DNA of 64,000 nucleotides from Eledone cirrhosa (taxonomy: Eukaryota): NCBI GenBank assembly GCA_964016885.1, contig OZ024745.1, forward strand, positions 88,350,001 through 88,414,000, in the 5' to 3' direction. This document shows, one piece after another, positions 56,615 to 64,000 of this stretch (position 1 is the first letter of the stretch; each line of letters starts with the position of its first letter). The notes beneath the pieces were generated by a model, which was given only the letters and a program-made list of their open reading frames with translations, ran no database searches and was not told where the DNA came from. The position numbers and the translations under genes are program-made.

Positions 56615-59339
56615 AAGAGTAACATGGTTGTCTGTACAATAAGCGTTTTATTCAAAGTGTTGACAATTGTTTCGTTGATTTGGTGCGTGTAGAGTTCGCT
56701 AATCGCTCGATGCTGCATCAAATGATCTCCAATACGTTGTTTACAACCAGTCAACACATCAGACTAAGTGGATATGAAAATAATACGCAAGATATGGCTT
56801 TTATAGAAGAGTGGCGTTAAGCCAAAACAATAGCATCAGTAACAAAATAGCTAAATAGCGAATACTTAAAACAATAACATCAATAATAAAAGAACGCATG
56901 GTAAATAAACAGAGAAGATACAGATGTATGAAGTGACATATAAAATATAAGATAGGGTACATTAAAAGTAGTAGTAATATTAAGAGAATGAGGAAATGTA
57001 AAAGATAAAGGAATAAAATAATAAAATGTACTTAGAGTCAGATTTTAGAATCTCTACTGTAAGTGCAATTTTGAGAGATTAAGATACAAATGAGCTGTGG
57101 GTTTGATAAATGAACGACAATAAAACGGAGATTAATTTATGGTTTGACAGATAAATGCTTGTAGTAGATATTTTGCCTGTTGTGAGATAAATGCTTGTAG
57201 TAGATATTTTGCCTGTTGTGAGATAAATGCTTGTAGTAGATATTTTGCCTGTTGTGAGATTTTGCCATATTAGTGAGATTGACTCAGGGAGTGTATAGAG
57301 ATTTATGGTTCTATGATAGCTGATATTAAGTGAAATTGTGGATTTAGTATGTTAAGGTTTAGTTGGTTCAGTCCTAATTTTGGGATTGCTGGTTCGAATC
57401 ATGGAGGTTTAAGTTTCGTAACATCAATAACAAAATATGGTATAATTAAAACAATAACATCAATAATAAAACATGCATGGTAAATAGATAGAGAACGTGG
57501 CGAGTAAAATCAAGGATATGGTACATTGAAATGATAATAATAATAAGAAGAAAATAAGTGATACAAAGGAGTATAAAAGTGATAAGATAATGTACTTAGA
57601 ATTAAGTTCGTCGGTAAGTGTTCATGGGTGCTGAAATGAGATATGCAGATATAATTGTGTGGTCCGAAAGAATGAACAACAGTAAAGTCGAGATTAATTT
57701 ATGGGTTGACAAGATAATTGATAAATGTTTGTAGTAGACATTGTGCCTGTTGTAGAATAATACACCAAACTGCAATTGCGACCTACCAGATAAGTGCCCA
57801 CTACGGAATAGATGCCTGGATTCAAGCTTGTTGTACCTGTGTACTGCAAATTCAGGCAAATCCACTTGGCACTACATAGGACCACAGCGGCGAATTTAAA
57901 AAGTATGGTTGTACGTCCACATACACTCCATGAGGAACCGTGCACTGGAGAATTCTACAACGCTCGCCAATAAAACTAGGCAGCTTAAGGACGAACACCT
58001 AGAATACAAAATCAACTGGTCAAAATTAGCGGCAGCAAAAGCCTATAGCAACGGTATGTCCCACTGCAGGATCTGTAATTTGGAACTGCTACATATCTTA
58101 AGGTACGATAGGATGCTGCTTATCAGCAAAATAGAAAGATCCATTTTCTGCAGACATAAGATTGCTACTAGATTTACGAAATTAAAACCATCGTGATTCG
58201 AACCGGCATTCCCAAACTTAATAGCAAACCACTTAGACTATATCAGAACCATAAATTTCTGTAAACCTCTTCCAACCCCCCTCCATCAATACCATCAAGA
58301 TAGTACAACAGGCACAATGTCTACTACAAACATTTATCAATTATCTTGTCAGCCCATAAATTAATCTCGACTTTACTGTTGTTCATTCTTTCGGACCACA
58401 CAATTGTATCTACATAGCTCATATTAGCACCCATGAACACTTACCGACGAACTTAATTCTAAGTACATTATCTTATTACTTTTATACTCCTTTGTATCTC
58501 TTATTTTCTTCTTATTATTATTATCATTTCAATGTACCATATCCTTGATTTTACTCGCCACGTTCTCTATCTATTTACCATGCATGTTTTATTATTGATG
58601 TTATTGTTTTAATTATACCATATTTTATTATTGATGTTACGAAACTTAAACCTCCATGATTCGAACCAGCATCCCAAAATTAGGACTGAACCAACTAAAC
58701 CTTAACATACTGAATCCACAAGTTCACTTAATATCAGCTATCATAGAACCATAAATCTCTATACACTCCCTGAGTCAATCTCACTAATATAGTACAACAG
58801 GCAAAATATCTACTACAAGCTTTTATCTGTCAAACCATGAATTAATCTCCGTTTTATTGTCGTTCATTTATCAAACCCACAGCTCATTTGTATCTTAATC
58901 TCTCATAATTGCACTTACAGTAGAGATTCTAAAATCTGACTATAAGTACATTTTCTAATTTATCCTTTATCTTTTACTTTTCGTCATTCTCTTAATATTA
59001 CTACTACTTTTAATGTACCATATCTTAGATTTTACATGTCACCTCATACATCTGTATCTTCTCTGATTATTTACCATGCGTGTTTTATTATTAATGTTAT
59101 TGTTTTAAGTATTCGCTATTTAGCTATTTTGTTACTGATGTTATTGTTTTGGTTTAACGCCACTCTTCTATAAAAGCCATGCTTTGCGTATTATTTTCAT
59201 ATCCACTTGCTCTGATGTGTTGACTGGTTGACGCAGCATCGAGCGATTAGCGAACTCTAGACGCACCAGATCAACGAAACAGTTGTCAGCACTTTGAATA
59301 AAGCCCTTATTGTACAGCCAACCATGTTACTCTTCTTTC

Positions 59340-59345
<6 letters not shown>
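56615..59345. mobile_element. Naiad-like family K tail-out inverted pair; endonuclease remnant at 57760-58196 (+)
   Basis: 56615-57755 is the reverse complement of about 58300-59335. Peptide STTLANK..INW..CRICNLE..FCRH. HHR-like TGCT-CTGATGT-GTTGA..TCAAC-GAAA-CAGTTG-TC-AGCA at 59208-59291. Confidence 0.85.
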
Positions 59346-59382
<37 letters not shown>

Positions 59383-59573
59383 TCACTTAGGTTTGTTGGT
59401 TCACAACTGGATAGAACTGGTCATTCCGTATGGTCAACCTCGATGTAATATTAGGGAGAGCACTCGACGTAATGCAACTCACCCGTCTTCGTTTGTATTG
59501 TTGGTGGTGCGAGTACGGAGTTAATTATTCTAAAATAACAGGCTGGACAGGTGTAATTCCTTAAAGGTTTATT

Positions 59574-59631
59574 ATACTATGAACATTTCAATAACCGGGT
59601 TCAGTATGAATCCAGGTACATCATCAGGTAT
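59574..59631 (-). ncRNA. Type I hammerhead in a short non-coding insert
   Basis: Minus strand reads ATAC-CTGATGA-T GTACCTGGATTCA TAC TGAACCCGGTTAT T-GAAA-TGTTCA-TA-GTAT. Confidence 0.75.
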
Positions 59632-59705
59632 TCGAAATTTAACAAAGGAATCTAATCCATGGGGCTGAAAAGGCAGAGTGACAAGAGCGCGGCCACACAT
59701 TTATA

Positions 59706-59773
<68 letters not shown>

Positions 59774-61139
59774 TTGTGTATTTGATGGAGTAAGTGGAAA
59801 TGCTGAAACTCCGATGACTAACAATTGCTTGCTTGTATTAACACTAACTATTTATTACTACAATGGAGATTTATATATCACAGATTCTACTATGGATTAA
59901 TAACATCAATTACTCAAAACTCTTGGGAACAATGACACCCATTAACAATGACATCGATCAACACGATGATTTGTTTGAAGTGATCAGTTAATTATATAGA
60001 CTCAAATGTCAGACCGATACTTAATTTATTGATTGTGAAAGAATGATATACAAAGGTAACCTAGACGAGATTTAAACTAGATTTTTGTTTGAAACTCTAA
60101 CGATTCGGAAAACCAAGCACACTTAAATGCATTAGTGTTGACAAGAAATACAATTGTTTCAACGAACAATTCACAGAATATTTAAACCTTTTTTATCAGA
60201 CGCCCCAGGTTACACAGTGAGTTGAACTGTCAGACAAAATACTTGCTTTATTTGTTCGTATCCAATTTCAATTTAGTCATCTTTGTCTTTACAAGGTCGT
60301 TAACGTGAAGACCTAGTTACGTACCGAGGAAGATATAATTGATTAACATCTATACCTAACATTGCTGTATTGGGATTATTTCAGATATTATTTTAGAAGT
60401 GCCTCTCTGTTTACTGTTGTTAATATTTATTTGTTTAGACCGCAATGAAACAATGGTAAAACTACAGATGAAACGGCCCCATAGCCCATTTCTTATTCTC
60501 TGCGCTTGTCGTTGTTCTACCATTGTTTCTGCACCGCGAACTATAACAGCGTATAATATGTAAATAGTTAAACACGAAAATTACAATATTTATACAAAAT
60601 AGAAGACGTGTTTCTGAAAATCTAAAGATTATTATGTAGCGGCATAATACATTATTGATACGGACTCGTAAAATGATTCTATAACAAGTTTCGAGTGACA
60701 GTTCCACGTCTCATGTAGCCTAAAGCTTGCAGCTTTTATTTCCGGTCGTTTTCAATAGTCTAAATTAAACCTGAGACTCCGGCATGGGGCCAAACAGCCA
60801 ATCATTATTTCAATAGTTGTTAATCTACTTTCAACTTCTGGCATCATGACAATTATATTTCTGATAAACATTATATCATTTTAGCAAACATAACATACGT
60901 AAACTAACGGACACATCCACATATAAACTCACCCAGAAACTAAATTACAGTTGCACAGAATTTTGCACAATAAACCAAAAAATATGCTTATTAAATTAAA
61001 TTTGCTAAATAAAACACTCAGGCATGCACATAAATTCATAGAAATGACAAACATGTCGACACAACACGTAACAAAAGGAAAATACACACGCACAATGCAA
61101 ACACTAAAAACATCTGTAGGCGCCTACAGACGCTTGCAC

Positions 61140-61960
61140 GCCTACACATACACACAACTAAACACGTATAGACATAAAATACACAAATGCACACATGAGC
61201 TACACACATATAGACATAAAATACACACATACACACATGAAATACACACATATAGACATAAAATACACACATGCACACATGAAATACACACATATAGACA
61301 TAAAATACACACATACATACATGAAATACACACATAGACATAAAATACACACATACATACACATGAAATAAATACAAATACATACACATATATAAATAAA
61401 CACATATATACATGAAATAAATACACACATATACACACGTCCAAACGAAGAAAAGCACACACACACGCACACACATAAGCACACACAGACATGAGTAAAC
61501 ATGCACACACATACACACACGTCTAAACGAAAAGAACACACCTATACAAACATAAGCACACATGCACACACATCACATACAGTCACGTCCAAACAAAAAA
61601 CCACACATGCATACACACACATAAGCACATATATACACATACACACACGTCCAAACGAAAAAAAACACACACATACGCACACATAATAATACGTGCACAC
61701 ACATACACACACATAAGCACACATGCACTCAGATGCACATACATAAGCACACATGCACACACATAAACACACATAAGCACACATGCACACACATACACAC
61801 ACATAAGCACACTTGCACACACGTACACACACATAAGCACACATGCACACACATACACACACATCTAAACGAAAAAAAACACACATACACACATAAGCAC
61901 ACACGCACACACATACACACACACGTCCACACGAAAACACACACATACATATACACGACA
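61140..61960. repeat. (CA)-rich degenerate minisatellite
   Basis: Motifs GACATAAAATACACACAT and CACACATAAGCACACATG are repeated. Confidence 0.85.
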
Positions 61961-62312
61961 TTCAGACAGACAGAGACAAAGAACAAATATATTGAAGACA
62001 AAAAAAAATTGAGGAAAAAACGTGTGAGAATGTCTTCCGGTTTTTCTATTATATTAGACTAGGAATAGAAATGGAAGTATATGGTTAATGTTCTCTGTAA
62101 AGTAGGAAACATCTGGTGTGAAGACGTGCTTCATGTAATAGTAGAGTTAGTACATATCTACTGTAATCTTGTAAAAGTGATATTCACTCATGATATAAAC
62201 ATTATACTTGTTCTATTATACTGACTGAATACTGAATATATATATTTCTTTACCACCACCTCCATCTTAATAAATCTGTATACACTATAACCATTTAGAA
62301 TCTCTCTCTCTC

Positions 62313-62381
<69 letters not shown>

Positions 62382-62471
62382 ATAATAATAAAATTGGAGA
62401 CTAAAATCAAATATATATATATATATTTAAGCAAAAAAGGGATATTCATATATATATATATATATATATAT

Positions 62472-64000
62472 ATAGTTTTGCGAGGTTTTTTATATGAAAT
62501 CGTGTGTCGAAACAGATATTGTTATATTTGGGGAGGGTCATATTTGCGTAATATTGCCAGAATTAATAACAGAACACACTCACTGTTTGGTTGGTTTTCG
62601 CTTCTCGCTGTCTTTTATATATATATATCTGCGATCTAACTTACTCGGTCCTCAATGTTGCCATTGACTGACCGGCGGTCAAAAATAATACAGATACAAT
62701 ATAGACAAACACATATATATATAGTTTACATAAATCTTTCGTTGCACATCTGCAACATCGTCAGTGGTGTTATATTCATTGTTCCTCCTGTTGTGTTGTA
62801 TGTCTACGCCATTTTTTTTTTTGTTCAGTCTGTCTATATATTTATTTATTTATTTGCTTGTTTGTTTATCTTATTTTATTTTGTCTTCTTTGCGCATGCG
62901 TTTGCGTGTGTGTATAGTGTTATGTGTGATGTGTGACTAGTGTGTATAGTGTTGTGTCTGCTGGGTGACTAGTGTGTGTTTATGTGCTTGTGTATGTATT
63001 TATTTATCTTATTTTATTTAATTTAATTTACTTATTTATTTATACTTCTCTTAGGTCAGTGTTGTTTGTTTGGGTGTTGTTGTTGTTCCACTCATTCTTT
63101 CTGTTTAGCTTTGGTCTTCTAATTTCTATTTCACTGGCCTCTCTGATTTGCCTATCTGCTGGGTCATTCCTATGTTTAGATATTATTCTAATTTCTATGT
63201 TGTCTATGTTACCGTCATGATGTTGTCTAGCATGTTCGTATAGTACTGACCCGTTTTTTCGTCCTTTTAGTTCCCCCCAGTGTTGGTCTATCCTTTCACC
63301 TATGCTACGAGCTGTCTCACCTATGTATGTTGTTGTCGTGTTTCTGCAAGTACCCTCTGTACATCTTATGCTATAGACTACGTTTCTAGTTTTACAGTTT
63401 ATCCGGGGGTTCACCTTACATATGATACATTTCCTATTGGTACAGTGGGTTTTCTTAAAAGGGTAGGTTTTGCTGATCAGGGATTTTATGGTGGTTCCTG
63501 GCTTTTCTACCACCTTTATTTTTAAGTGGGTGTTTCTCAGGGCCTTTCTACACTGGTTAGCTAATTTCCCTCCAGGGGTGGCGTCCACAAACATGACACT
63601 CTGATATCTCTGGTTGTCGTACCATGATGTGGCCTTCCCTATCTAAGCTATTCCATGATTTGCTCCTGTATAGTGGGCAAATTCCTTTCATGTCCAGTTC
63701 TATGAGGGTCTTATACTTTTCCATGGCTCCTTCGTATACTCTGACTCTGTCTCTTTGGTTGTAGCCAGAGAACTGCATGCGGTTGATGAAGTGTTGGATG
63801 TGTCCTTCCATTTCTGTTGGGTCGCACATGCTGGACACATTCTTCATCACTCGTACCAAATCTGCGATCAGAATATTAAACTTAGCACTACTGGACATTG
63901 CTGAGTTTTTGAGTATCAGGTATTTGGAGGCCATGGGTTTAGCATAGTGTGAGTGGAGAATTTGGGCTCTCTCGTCTATAGTGTTAATCCAGAGTTCTGT
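62472..64000 (-). pseudogene. PLE-A copy (RT thumb, GIY-YIG, 3' UTR); continues beyond the window
   Basis: The ORFs at 63557-63934 and 63040-63594 match PLE-A (HYAKPMASK, YIGETARSIGER). Confidence 0.93.

Noticed and set aside
59770-60950. Possible host exons or promoter (CCAAT, TTCCGG, a short ATG-initiated frame on the minus strand)
   Set aside because: No recognisable protein or consistent splice structure. RNA-seq would be needed.

Overview
AT-rich eukaryotic DNA made almost entirely of repeats. No host gene could be supported. The SINE families, (TA)n density and an L1/Tx1-like tail resemble an octopus genome (inferred from recall, not a search). The window is a nest of Penelope-like retroelements (PLEs; RT plus GIY-YIG) of about three types, together with many non-coding relatives, nearly all inserted in (TA)n. 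Three main signals. (1) A near-perfect array of 18 x 310-bp units at 29258-34858, plus an inverted 1.5-mer. Each unit carries a minimal type I hammerhead ribozyme (HHR) inside a hairpin-rich sequence, making it a candidate retrozyme / circular-RNA locus. (2) HHR-like motifs in about 15 other dissimilar repeat families, including a U3-A8 core variant and a form with a large helix II insert and a conserved pseudoknot candidate. (3) About a dozen insertions arranged as tail-out inverted pairs. All folds were read by eye. Element boundaries are approximate (tens of bp).
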